A stretch of DNA of 39,504 nucleotides. Origin: a virus. Taxonomy: Duplodnaviria > Caudoviricetes. This document shows positions 8,419 through 17,547 of the stretch, piece after piece; within the stretch, counting starts at the first letter, position 1, and each line of letters starts with the position of its first letter. The translations under genes and the position numbers were made by a program. Location: IMG/VR virus record IMGVR_UViG_3300025312_000115, positions 1 through 39,504 of that record, one strand, 5' to 3'. The notes beneath the pieces were generated by a model. It searched no databases. It saw only the letters and a list, made by a program, of their open reading frames with translations, and was not told the origin of the DNA.

Positions 8419-11043
8419 ATGGACAACCTACAGCCTCTACGTGACGCCCTGAAAGCCCTTATGCTGGCTAAAGGCGCACGTAATGTAGAAGAGGATAAGT
8501 ACGAAGGACTCACATACGCTATCGACTGTGTTAAGCGTATTCTAGTTAACGATTGGTCATTCGCAAAAGCTATGGCGGAGGGTTCGTTTGAATCCTTCTT
8601 CGCTATTGAAGCTGGTGCGAAGATCTCTAACGCGACCCGTGAAGTCCTCGATGGTATCATTAGTGCCCTCACCACTCTCTCTAGTGTGGCGAAGGTAACG
8701 GCGGCTGATGACGCTCCCGCAGCCGATGCACTAGTACAGGAAGCTCGGGACATCATCGCGGCTACCATGATGGAGATTGAGAAAGCCGCTCCCTCCACTC
8801 CACCGGCTGCTCCCGGCTACCCCAAATTCTCTAAGGTAGTAGAAGATCACAAGGTTCCTGCCGGACTCGAAATTATGCCGACCGAGCCGATCTTCATCTT
8901 TGAAGAGGCCGAAGGTTCCACCCCCACCGCCCCGCGATTCCGCACACTTGTTATCAAAGAAGGTGTGAGTAAGAACCGAGTCAAGTACAGCGGTAAGGTT
9001 CTGAAGGAATCCATCGATAAGCTGGAAGGTCGCGGCATGTACGTCGATCATCCAGCAGGTGCGCGTAGTGGCGATTCTAGTCGCTCCCTTGCTACTAAGG
9101 GCGGTTGGTGGGCAAACGTTGAGTACCATGAGGGGATTAAGCTTCCTGATGGCTCAACAATCAACGGCATCATTGGAGAGCTTAATCTACTCTCCCCAGA
9201 GAACTCTCCGGTGCCTTGGCTTCCGGGGATGATTAAGGAATCTATCGAGCGCGGGCGACCCGAACTCGTAGGTATCTCAATTCTTGCTGCTGGCAAGACC
9301 CAAATTATCAAGGAGAATGGCGTATTCGTTAAGGAAGCACTCAGCATTGATTACTACGCATCAGCGGATGCAGTCGCAGAACCGGGAGCCGGTGGACAGC
9401 CACTTTCCCTCATCGCAAATAATGGAGTCGATGTAGACGTGAAGAAAATCGAAGAGATGACTCTGGATGAGCTGAAAGAGGCACGTCCAGACCTGTACGA
9501 AGCCGCTGTTGCGGAAATCAAGGCTAAGGCTGCTGGCGATCCGCCCGCGCCCACCCCTGCGCCTAAGATTGAAGCTAACGCCGAATTTACCAAGCTGATT
9601 GAAGATACTAAGACTCTTCAGGATCAGCTTGCGGAAGCCGTTAAGAGTGGGCACATCGCTGCTACTCATAACGCGCTTCTCCTTCGCCTTACCAAGTCTC
9701 GGCTTCCACAGGCCGTTAAGACTGATCTGCTGGCGGAAGCCGATGGTAAGATCCTCTCGACTGAAGAAATCGAAGCTCTTGTTAGCAAGAGTGAGAAACA
9801 CGCTCTGTCGGTGATGACCGAAAGTGATGCTCCCGGTCGCCTTCAACCGAACATGCCGATCCGCTACGGTAGCCTTATCGAAGGCGCCATCTCCCCACTC
9901 GATCAGGCTCGTGCCGCCCTCGATCTCTTCTTCGGCGCTCCCGTCGAGAAAGAGATGGAAGGTAAGTTCCCGAAGATTCGGAGCTTCTCCGAGTTCTATC
10001 GGAACATTACCGGCGACTACGAGTTTAGCGGGTACTACGGCCCCGGTGGTGCGCTTGCCGAGTACTGGGATCAGCCTGCTAACAACTTCGTCGAAGCACT
10101 TCCGGGGGCAACGCACATCATTGGTGGTGGTACCATCACGATGTCGAACCTCCTGAACAACTCGATGAACAAGTCGCTCGTTGCTCAGTATCAGGTGCAG
10201 AACAAGTGGTGGGAGCCAATCGTTAGTAAGACGGATCTTGCTAACTTCAAGGCTCAACAGCGTGTTCGGTTGCAGAACTTCGGTTCCCTCACCGAGCGTA
10301 CTGTTGATGGTGCTGAGTACACCGAAATGGACTGGGGAGAAGTCAGCGAGACGTACACCCCGACCGGATTCGGTAACGTTGTGACGGTTGGCCGTCGTGC
10401 CATCATCAACGACGATCAGCGGGGTATTCAGCGGATTCCTCAGCTTATGTCGGCATCAGCAGTGTTTACTATCAACGAGTACGCTGCTAACACCTTCTTC
10501 CTCGCCAACTCCGGTAACGGCCCGACCCTTACCGATGGGGTACAGATCTTCAACCTCGCTTCGCATCAGGGCAACCGTGTAACCACGGCGCTTGATCGCG
10601 CAGCCGTTAACGCCATTCGCCACATCATCATGAAGATGACGAACGATGCTGGTAAGGTCATTGGCCTTTCCGGTCGTGGCTATCTTCTCACCGGCATCGA
10701 TCTTGAAGATGTCGCCTACGAGCTGATCAAGTCGGTCAATGTGCCTGAGAGCGCAAACAACGCTCCCAACATCCTTGCTGACTCCAGCCGTGGCCTTCTC
10801 GGTAACATCGTTGTTCCTCAGTTCACTGATACGAACAACTGGTACTTCATGCTTGCACCTAGCGAGCTTGCTTGTATCGAGATGGGCTTTGTTCTTGGAC
10901 AGGAGAACCCAGCGTCCTTCGTTCAGGATCAGCCGACCGTCGGCATGGCATTCACCCACGATGCTATGGCGTTCAAGATTCGCCACGAGTACGGTGGTGA
11001 CTGGATCGACTACCGTGGTGCGGCAGCGTCCATCGTCGCCTAA
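8419..11043 (+). CDS. Prohead protease-scaffold-major capsid fusion protein (HK97 fold, Mu gpT-like capsid domain)
   Basis: One open frame (8344-11043; likely start ATG 8419 after GGAGAG). Protease-like 'SKNRVKY..YVDHP...GISI...DAVAEPGAGG', coiled-coil scaffold, capsid domain 'RRAIINDD...FKIRHEYGGDWIDYRG'. Confidence 0.85.
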   Translation: MDNLQPLRDALKALMLAKGARNVEEDKYEGLTYAIDCVKRILVNDWSFAKAMAEGSFESFFAIEAGAKISNATREVLDGIISALTTLSSVAKVTAADDAPAADALVQEARDIIAATMMEIEKAAPSTPPAAPGYPKFSKVVEDHKVPAGLEIMPTEPIFIFEEAEGSTPTAPRFRTLVIKEGVSKNRVKYSGKVLKESIDKLEGRGMYVDHPAGARSGDSSRSLATKGGWWANVEYHEGIKLPDGSTINGIIGELNLLSPENSPVPWLPGMIKESIERGRPELVGISILAAGKTQIIKENGVFVKEALSIDYYASADAVAEPGAGGQPLSLIANNGVDVDVKKIEEMTLDELKEARPDLYEAAVAEIKAKAAGDPPAPTPAPKIEANAEFTKLIEDTKTLQDQLAEAVKSGHIAATHNALLLRLTKSRLPQAVKTDLLAEADGKILSTEEIEALVSKSEKHALSVMTESDAPGRLQPNMPIRYGSLIEGAISPLDQARAALDLFFGAPVEKEMEGKFPKIRSFSEFYRNITGDYEFSGYYGPGGALAEYWDQPANNFVEALPGATHIIGGGTITMSNLLNNSMNKSLVAQYQVQNKWWEPIVSKTDLANFKAQQRVRLQNFGSLTERTVDGAEYTEMDWGEVSETYTPTGFGNVVTVGRRAIINDDQRGIQRIPQLMSASAVFTINEYAANTFFLANSGNGPTLTDGVQIFNLASHQGNRVTTALDRAAVNAIRHIIMKMTNDAGKVIGLSGRGYLLTGIDLEDVAYELIKSVNVPESANNAPNILADSSRGLLGNIVVPQFTDTNNWYFMLAPSELACIEMGFVLGQENPASFVQDQPTVGMAFTHDAMAFKIRHEYGGDWIDYRGAAASIVA

Positions 11044-11095
11044 ACCTTCACAGGGAAGGGGTAGGGGGAACCTGAAAATTCCCCCGACACCCCCC

Positions 11096-11125
11096 TTGAC
11101 AACTACTACGTACGCACTTTAGTCT
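11096..11125 (+). promoter_or_regulatory. Sigma70-type promoter downstream of the capsid gene
   Basis: TTGACA (11096-11101), 18 bp spacer, TAGTCT (11120-11125); preceded by a GC-rich hairpin at 11056-11097. Confidence 0.5.
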
Positions 11126-11127
11126 AA

Positions 11128-11260
11128 TTGGGAGCTTAGGTTGGGATGGGGTGGCGGTACTACAAAGGTTCGGTAGAGTGTAAGGCAGCGTAGGCCCGAA
11201 GCTCCGAACTGGTACCGCCCTCATCCCAACACCAACTCCCACACTTGCTGGGAGTTTTTC
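11128..11260 (+). ncRNA. Structured leader or small RNA candidate ending in a terminator-like hairpin
   Basis: Nested stems 11140-11148/11222-11230, 11153-11160/11212-11219 and 11168-11173/11204-11209; then AACTCCCA/TGGGAGTT followed by a T-run. Confidence 0.5.
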
Positions 11261-11261
11261 T

Positions 11262-12182
11262 ATGTCCGGTCAAACTAAATTCCCTAACGGTATCGATCTC
11301 GGGAACAATGCAGTTGTTAATGCTGCTCAGTTCGGTGGTCAGGTGCCGATGGGTGTCTTGCGGATAGCCGCTGATGTTGTGGACGATCAGACAGTCACTA
11401 TAGGGAGTGATGTCTATCGTTTCGCAGCCGTCGCTACCGACTCCACATCGAATACCGCCAATGGTACGGTTAACAACACTAGGGAAGTGGTGCAGGACTT
11501 CTACATGCCTGCCCACGGCTTGATTGTTGGTGACATTCTCCGTATCGAAAACGAGTACATGCGGGTGACAGGGCTTCGTGGAGCCGATTATCTGCATCTG
11601 AAGCGCGGAGTCTCAGGCTCTACGATTGCTGCTCACGCCGATGCTGTCGATATCTTTGTCGAGTCCGCTCTCGGTGCTGGTAGTATCGCTGTGGGGCTGA
11701 ATGCTACCCTTACTCCTGTTGTTGCATCGGCGGCTCTCACTGCTGATATCAACGATCCCACTCGCGGTGTCGAGAAGGTTGTTGCTGTCAACAGTGATGC
11801 GAACACCATCCTTGTGATGGGGGCAGCTTCTAAGGGTGGGACGCCTATCGCATCCGCCCTCGCAACTGCTACCACTGAGACTCTTGGTGGGGCCGGTAAT
11901 GCGTGGGATGCTGCTACACTTACTGGGGGCCGTGCTCCCGGTATTGTTGTTTCAGCTTTCCGAGTGCCAATCGCGGCGGAAGTAACTAAGGGTGAGATGT
12001 GGTTCGCCTTCCCCTTCACGCCGGTCATCCAAGATGTTCGCGTCCGTACTACAGCTACGGGTGCTAACATTGCTTGGGATGGTGGCGCATCCGTTGTAGG
12101 TACAAGGGTTAAGCTTACTAACGCTGGTGCAACTGACTGGGCAACTACCGATACCGTCGAGGTCGTCGTTAGCGACTCGTAA
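11262..12182 (+). CDS. Capsid decoration or minor structural protein
   Basis: Follows the capsid gene; 'TKFPNG' N-terminus; Ala/Gly/Thr/Val-rich; 'IENEYMRVT...KRGVSGS.IAAH' beta module common in virion proteins. Confidence 0.65.
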   Translation: MSGQTKFPNGIDLGNNAVVNAAQFGGQVPMGVLRIAADVVDDQTVTIGSDVYRFAAVATDSTSNTANGTVNNTREVVQDFYMPAHGLIVGDILRIENEYMRVTGLRGADYLHLKRGVSGSTIAAHADAVDIFVESALGAGSIAVGLNATLTPVVASAALTADINDPTRGVEKVVAVNSDANTILVMGAASKGGTPIASALATATTETLGGAGNAWDAATLTGGRAPGIVVSAFRVPIAAEVTKGEMWFAFPFTPVIQDVRVRTTATGANIAWDGGASVVGTRVKLTNAGATDWATTDTVEVVVSDS

Positions 12183-12275
12183 GCCACTCCCGCTTCCCGA
12201 GTGTAGGGGGTGATTACGCCACTCCCTACACTCCCATTACCCATTACTCGTTTTGAAGGATTGAGGATTAATCCA

Positions 12276-12755
12276 ATGGCTAAGCCCAAGCTCAAGACTA
12301 TTGAAGAGATCGAAGCTCAAGTAGAGGCCGAACTTGAAGCTGAAGAGGCTGCTGAGGCTGCGATCGCGGATGAAACGATTGAGGCTGCTGAAGCTGACAT
12401 CGCAAGCGAAAGTGACAGCGATCCTGAGCTTGACGCGATTGCTGAACTTTCTCAGGCTGCAATTGACGCTGTGGAAGCTTACGACGAAAAGTTTGAATCG
12501 CGTTTCGGTGATCAGAACAATGAGGGAGCATCTGCGGCTGGCTTCCTCTTCACGATCTTCCCTAAGTGGGAAACTTGGACACGCGCTCAGCTACTCCAAG
12601 ACATCAACACTTGGAAGAAACTCATTCCCCCGGTGGCTGATACGTGGGAGTACTCCAACGCCGATTACATCCGCTATCTTGCCTACCTCAACCATTGTGG
12701 TGCCCAGTCGAGTAAGCCGCTCAATCTTGATGACTTCCTCGCTGAGTACTGCTAA
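12276..12755 (+). CDS. Acidic hypothetical protein (head module)
   Basis: ATG at 12276 after GAGG; Glu/Ala-rich N-terminus. Confidence 0.6.
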   Translation: MAKPKLKTIEEIEAQVEAELEAEEAAEAAIADETIEAAEADIASESDSDPELDAIAELSQAAIDAVEAYDEKFESRFGDQNNEGASAAGFLFTIFPKWETWTRAQLLQDINTWKKLIPPVADTWEYSNADYIRYLAYLNHCGAQSSKPLNLDDFLAEYC

Positions 12756-12815
12756 CTCATCCACTCCCATTATCCCAACCTAAGCTCAAAACTCCCGTAC
12801 TCTAAGGACGTTAAC

Positions 12816-13205
12816 ATGCGTAAGTGGATTGATGTAATTACTGGGGCTGCTGCTGGTGGTGCTGGTGTTGCTACTGCTACTGGAACATCTCAACAGTCGA
12901 TGGATCTTGGCGAGATCGAAGCAGTAGCGTTTACGTTTAGCGGGACTGCTCCAGCTACTACTGATCTCACACTTACGCTTCTTGGAAGTGGCGGTCAGCC
13001 AGATCAAACGGTAGTAGTGCGCTCCAACAGCGGTACACCCGATACCCTCTATCCCCGTGTCTCAGCCAAGCTAGTTGATGCTGCCAGTGCTGCAATCACA
13101 GGCGCGTGGGATAAGATCATCGGTAGTGGCCGTCTCAAACTCGATGTTGCCCAGTGCGATAACGACGTTGTTACTACGGCACGGGTGTACTTTAAGAAAG
13201 ATTAA
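12816..13205 (+). CDS. Small virion structural protein (putative)
   Basis: 129 aa, Gly/Ala/Thr-rich and beta-rich; located in the head module; AAGGA upstream. Confidence 0.6.
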   Translation: MRKWIDVITGAAAGGAGVATATGTSQQSMDLGEIEAVAFTFSGTAPATTDLTLTLLGSGGQPDQTVVVRSNSGTPDTLYPRVSAKLVDAASAAITGAWDKIIGSGRLKLDVAQCDNDVVTTARVYFKKD

Positions 13206-13282
13206 CACGGGCTTAGGCTCTGTTAATCTTGATTGACTGGTAGGGTTAGGAGTATGTGGGCGCTCGCTAACCCTACCAGTCA
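13198..13282 (+). other. Two adjacent perfect hairpins
   Basis: AAGATTAACA/TGTTAATCTT (13198-13207/13221-13230) and TGACTGGTAGGGTTAG/CTAACCCTACCAGTCA (13234-13249/13267-13282). Confidence 0.7.
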
Positions 13283-13304
13283 CCTGACCCCGCCTTTCGG
13301 TCAC

Positions 13305-13322
13305 TACAAGTCCGCAAGACTT
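13305..13322 (+). promoter_or_regulatory. Palindromic motif copy 2 (TACAAGTCCGCAAGACTT)
   Basis: Identical 18-mer at 28023-28040; lies 20 nt upstream of ATG 13343. Confidence 0.55.
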
Positions 13323-13342
13323 CCCCCACCGGAGAATCTGAG

Positions 13343-14053
13343 ATGCCGTACACCAAACTTACGCTCCGCACCGCCGTCCGCTCGATGCTACAGAACGTCG
13401 GTTCGGCATCTCTTGATGACGCTAAACTTGACGTACTACTTGCACAGGCTAAGCGCCGACTTGATCGTGATAAGCCTAACGTAGCAACCACCACGATTGC
13501 TGGTACCGGCAAGAAGTTCTATCAACTCACAACGACTGTGGTGGGATGGATGAATCAGTTTTCAACCATCCAGATTATCCAGAACCCCAAAGTTGTTATC
13601 GCGAACGATGATGTTGTACAACTTTCTGACCCCAAAGACATTGAGATCGTTGAGCAGGACTCACTAGAGTATTTGAGGTTGGATACTGGAATCGCCTCCG
13701 GTACCAACGCCCTCGTGAAGTTCACGACCCCGTGGCTACTCGATGGTATCGACGGGGCGACATCCACCACGATCCCCTCCACTCTCTACAATGCGCTGGA
13801 GTTTATCTCCGCATCGGTAGTATGCCTGTCGCTGTCCGCAAAGAGTGCTGGGCAGTTGGACGATCAGATTGAGGCCGATCTCATCAACTGGAGAGGCAAA
13901 CAAGCAGAGTACAAGTTTGCGGCGAGGGACTTTGAAGAGAACTACCTTCAGGAAATCGGTCTAGACAAGAGTAAGGTGCGCGCAGTTATGTTGCGTATGG
14001 ACTACGACCGTGATCCCCAACGTATCAGCTACCTTACGCATGGGGGACGTTAA
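13343..14053 (+). CDS. Head-to-tail adaptor
   Basis: Position; helical N-terminus 'LRTAVRSML...LDVLLAQA', beta insert, 'STTIP...ALEF' pattern. Confidence 0.7.
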   Translation: MPYTKLTLRTAVRSMLQNVGSASLDDAKLDVLLAQAKRRLDRDKPNVATTTIAGTGKKFYQLTTTVVGWMNQFSTIQIIQNPKVVIANDDVVQLSDPKDIEIVEQDSLEYLRLDTGIASGTNALVKFTTPWLLDGIDGATSTTIPSTLYNALEFISASVVCLSLSAKSAGQLDDQIEADLINWRGKQAEYKFAARDFEENYLQEIGLDKSKVRAVMLRMDYDRDPQRISYLTHGGR

Positions 14054-14056
14054 CAC

Positions 14057-14542
14057 TTGCCCGCTACACTAATTCGCTCCACTATCCAAGCTACTATCAA
14101 ATCCACTCTACAGGGCGTGACGGGTGTAGAGAATGTGTATGAGGATTTTCCTCGTGCTAATGATGTAGACGAATTCATTGCTAAGTTCATGGAGAGTGAT
14201 GAAACTAATCTTCAGTTCTGGGTAATTACTAGGATTGCTTCACCACCTAATACTTCTGAGAACGCCTCCCGCATACCAGTGAGATCAGTCTGGTACAACC
14301 ACCAATTCGATATCAGCTTATGGTATGGGATCAAGACTGACGATTCTGAGACTAAGTTCCAAGCACTCATTGACGTAGTGCTGGGAGTGTTTGCTGATAA
14401 GCGTACTCTTAGCGGATGCTACGTTCCTGTACCACTAGGACTCTATAGTGTGAGGAATGATGTCAAGAATCAAGTGCAATGCAGAGTGGCGAGTTTTAGT
14501 GTGGTTGTAGTGGAGCAACAGAATGGTTTGACACCTACCTAG
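14057..14542 (+). CDS. Tail terminator / tail completion protein
   Basis: 161 aa; 'IRSTIQATI...V.NVY'; position before the tail tube gene. Confidence 0.6.
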   Translation: MPATLIRSTIQATIKSTLQGVTGVENVYEDFPRANDVDEFIAKFMESDETNLQFWVITRIASPPNTSENASRIPVRSVWYNHQFDISLWYGIKTDDSETKFQALIDVVLGVFADKRTLSGCYVPVPLGLYSVRNDVKNQVQCRVASFSVVVVEQQNGLTPT

Positions 14543-14616
14543 TTTTCTGTTTAACTCCACTGTAACGGTACCGTAATGGTGACCGCTTTAGCGCCCAAAT
14601 GTGAGGTTACTAGACT

Positions 14617-14955
14617 ATGCAAATCGATACAGTTCGTGTGTACTGTAAGCAATCTGATTGTGGTATGTCGTTCGCGTACAACGAATTCGTTGTACACAAT
14701 CATATTGTAGATCTGCCGGAAGATCTTGCCAACGACGTAGTCTTTAGTATGCCTAACAGGTTTGGGTTTGCACCGTGGCCTGACGATCAGAAGGAAGAAA
14801 CTGAGTATAGCATTCCAGAGGGATATGAGATGCGGGACTCAGACTTCGCAATTCCATCGGCGGAACGCGAGGCTTTCCTAGCTGAAGTCGAGAAGCATAC
14901 AGTTGAGATTGCTGAAGCTGAAGCTGCTGAAGCTCTCCTAACTCCGACCGAATAG
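14617..14955 (+). CDS. Acidic hypothetical protein
   Basis: GAGG upstream; 112 aa immediately before the tail tube gene. Confidence 0.6.
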   Translation: MQIDTVRVYCKQSDCGMSFAYNEFVVHNHIVDLPEDLANDVVFSMPNRFGFAPWPDDQKEETEYSIPEGYEMRDSDFAIPSAEREAFLAEVEKHTVEIAEAEAAEALLTPTE

Positions 14956-15023
14956 CATTCCTAGCCCACCACACAATCTCCAAACTTAGAAAGTAACCTC
15001 TCAGGATTTTAAGGAGCTAGGAA

Positions 15024-15974
15024 ATGACTCAGGCACAAGCATTTGAGCAGATCATTGCGGTTGCAAAAGAAACGGTCTACGGTACAGGTGTTGCCCCCAC
15101 CGTCTGTATTCCTGTAGTATCGGGTGGCGGTAGTGCTCAGTTCGATGTTGTTTGGGACGAAGGTAAGCGTGGCCTTCCATCGGCTGACTTCGGAGCATGT
15201 GTTGGTAATGGGCATGGGGAATTCCAGATGGAATCTCTCGTGTACCCAGTTGAGATCGGCCAAGTGCTTATGGCGATCTTCGGTACCGATACTATTACTG
15301 GTGCTGGCGATCCCTACACCCACACTCTAACAGCCGCTGTACTTCTCCCGTCCTACACCGTTGAGGATCAGATCATCGGTGGTGCTAATGGTGGGCTTAG
15401 GTTCGTAGGAGCCAAACCCACTAGTGTCGGATTTACGTGGGAAGCTGAGTCGGGAGCGGTAGCGGCCAACAGCCAATGGATGACCCGCACCCCCACTAAA
15501 GTAACGGCGACTAACCCGGCGGTGTCCGCGACTTTGGGATGTGGCTACGGCGGTTGGCAGACAACCGTAACGAGTACCGGGATCACTGGTCGTGTAGTTG
15601 GCGGAGAGATCAATCTTACTCGCGAACTTCAGATGGTGTACACGGGTGCTAACGTAGCAAGCCCGAACTTTGTGAACAATGGCCCACTCAGGTACGAAGG
15701 TTCGCTTACCGTTATAGCTGACTCGCTTGCTGACTTTGACCGGATCATTGCTGATACTCGGCAATCGCTTAGTATCAAGTTCAGCTACGAGAGTACCCCG
15801 GCGAAATCGTTGGAATTCCTCTCAACTAGTACGTTCTTTGCAGCGGCACCCCTCGAATATGATCGTGGCGGGATCGGTGTACTTGTAAAGGTTGGGTTCC
15901 GTGGTCTCCACAACACTACCGATAGTGGTGTTGTTCAGGCGATCCTCAAGAATCCTAAGACCCCGGCCTACTAG
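15024..15974 (+). CDS. Major tail (tube) protein
   Basis: AAGGAG RBS; 'AKETVYGT', 'YTHT', 'LPSYTVE' typical of siphovirus tail tube proteins. Confidence 0.85.
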   Translation: MTQAQAFEQIIAVAKETVYGTGVAPTVCIPVVSGGGSAQFDVVWDEGKRGLPSADFGACVGNGHGEFQMESLVYPVEIGQVLMAIFGTDTITGAGDPYTHTLTAAVLLPSYTVEDQIIGGANGGLRFVGAKPTSVGFTWEAESGAVAANSQWMTRTPTKVTATNPAVSATLGCGYGGWQTTVTSTGITGRVVGGEINLTRELQMVYTGANVASPNFVNNGPLRYEGSLTVIADSLADFDRIIADTRQSLSIKFSYESTPAKSLEFLSTSTFFAAAPLEYDRGGIGVLVKVGFRGLHNTTDSGVVQAILKNPKTPAY

Positions 15975-16021
15975 GCTGCTAGCTTAGGCCACCAGCCCAT
16001 TAAGGAGATTGGCCCACACCC

Positions 16022-16549
16022 ATGTACAAAACCGTTAAACTAGATCTTACTGCTAAGTTCGATCTCAATCGCGAGTTCTGGGTAGAGATTGTTCCGTCCG
16101 CGTGGCTCCCTAAAAGTGTCACACAGCAGATGGGCAATCTCTACACCGATAGTGCAGTAAGTGAGACTACGCCTGAAGAGATGGAGCTTCTGGAAAAGAA
16201 TGATCCAGAAGCTATCAAGCGTGCTGTCGATCAGATGGACGATCAGTTCGCCTTCCTTGCAAAGTCCCTCACCTTTCTGGTAGTGGACTGGAACCTTATT
16301 GACAAAGATGATCACAAGCTCGACATTCCCAAGGTTCTTCAGCAAGATGGTGATGAGCTTCTTATCAAGAAACTCGCTGAAGTACCGATGGCACTACTTC
16401 AGTACATCTTTGAATCAGCCCAAGCCGAGGATTACTCAGCGATCCCTTTAGTGAAATCGAAGCAGCAAGTGCCGCCATCGCCCGCGCCAATGCTGCTTCA
16501 TCCAGTGGAAGCGGCACTGGAACCAGAAGCGCAGCCGCTACAAAGTTAG
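16022..16549 (+). CDS. Tail assembly chaperone (gpG-like)
   Basis: Follows the tail tube gene; 'LVVDWNL.D' motif; contains the slippery heptamer. Confidence 0.85.
   Translation: MYKTVKLDLTAKFDLNREFWVEIVPSAWLPKSVTQQMGNLYTDSAVSETTPEEMELLEKNDPEAIKRAVDQMDDQFAFLAKSLTFLVVDWNLIDKDDHKLDIPKVLQQDGDELLIKKLAEVPMALLQYIFESAQAEDYSAIPLVKSKQQVPPSPAPMLLHPVEAALEPEAQPLQS
16444..16450 (+). promoter_or_regulatory. Programmed -1 frameshift site C CCT TTA
   Basis: X XXY YYZ heptamer in the chaperone frame; the -1 frame is stop-free from 16414 to 16881. Confidence 0.85.
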
Positions 16550-16881
16550 CACAGTTCAAAGCGGCTGGGGGTGTGATTCGTGGTCAATCCCCAGCCTCTC
16601 TTGTTAACCCTGAAACTGTTGAGCGCCTTATCGCCCCACCTGATTGGCTTCTTACTTGCCGTCTTATGCTTCTTCTTCACAAAACGGAGAAAGAGATATA
16701 TGATGGTATGAGTCAAGCTATGATCAATCGACTAGCGTGGGTGTTACAGCAGGACGCTGATCGTGAGGCACTTCAGCAGGCTGAGCAAGAGGCTAAGATG
16801 AAGGTGACTCAGCAAATGAATAATCGGGGTGGTGTACCTCCCACAGCTTCCTCCCCATCACCAGCTATGATAAGGCGATAA
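16450..16881 (+). CDS. Frameshift extension of the tail chaperone (gpGT-like)
   Basis: The -1 frame reads SEIEAASAAIARANAASSSGSG... directly into the listed 16573-16881 ORF. Confidence 0.8.
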   Translation, partial: SEIEAASAAIARANAASSSGSGTGTRSAAATKLAQFKAAGGVIRGQSPASLVNPETVERLIAPPDWLLTCRLMLLLHKTEKEIYDGMSQAMINRLAWVLQQDADREALQQAEQEAKMKVTQQMNNRGGVPPTASSPSPAMIRR

Positions 16882-16882
16882 C

Positions 16883-17485
16883 ATGGCTACTACAGCACGA
16901 GTGGACTTCGGTGGATGGGAGAATCTTCACAAGCGATACCGGGACGCGAGTGAAGCTTGGCCCACTGAGCTTTCTAGTATGTTAGGCGAGATTGGTCAGA
17001 TCGCCAAGATCGAAGCAATCCGCATCTACACTTCAGAACCAAACACTGATGTTGGGGATAAGCTTCCCTCAATCGATAGTGGTAAGTTCGGTAAGAACAT
17101 GCGAATCGCTAGAGGGGGCGGTAAGATACGTCCGTGGATCTCTATCTACTCTAGTGCGGAGTACGCGAGGTACGTTGAGCTAGGCGGCTATCTTGATGTA
17201 GGGCGGGTAACTAATCGGGCGCGTCCTAAAACTGGAGAGGCTGGGCGGAAGCACTACGGACAGTTTGCTGACGAGATTCATGCATGGGCTAAGCGAAAGT
17301 TCCCCGGTAGAGGGGTCAAGTTCGCGGATAACACTATTGAGAAGATCATTCGTGAGGGGGTGGAGGGACGAAGAGTGTTGAGACGTGCAATCTCTCCCAC
17401 CAATTCTCGATGGGTCAATGCTTTCCATTTTACCATCTCGAATCGTGTAAGCGAATTCATTACTATGTTTCTTGTCAAACGCTAG
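16883..17485 (+). CDS. HK97 gp10-like neck / tail-completion protein
   Basis: Basic protein with 'AEYARYVELG', 'IHAWAKRK' and 'IIREG' motifs. Confidence 0.6.
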   Translation: MATTARVDFGGWENLHKRYRDASEAWPTELSSMLGEIGQIAKIEAIRIYTSEPNTDVGDKLPSIDSGKFGKNMRIARGGGKIRPWISIYSSAEYARYVELGGYLDVGRVTNRARPKTGEAGRKHYGQFADEIHAWAKRKFPGRGVKFADNTIEKIIREGVEGRRVLRRAISPTNSRWVNAFHFTISNRVSEFITMFLVKR

Positions 17486-17547
17486 ATTTCGTGGTAAAAC
17501 CTAACTGCCCCACCCCCTCCCCTAATACGTAAAGGCTCCCCTCTCAT

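Noticed and set aside
9361-10257. Long antisense ORFs (e.g. 298 aa opposite the capsid gene, 220 aa at 11633-12295)
   Set aside because: Shadows of codon bias in strongly supported + strand genes; no motifs or RBS.
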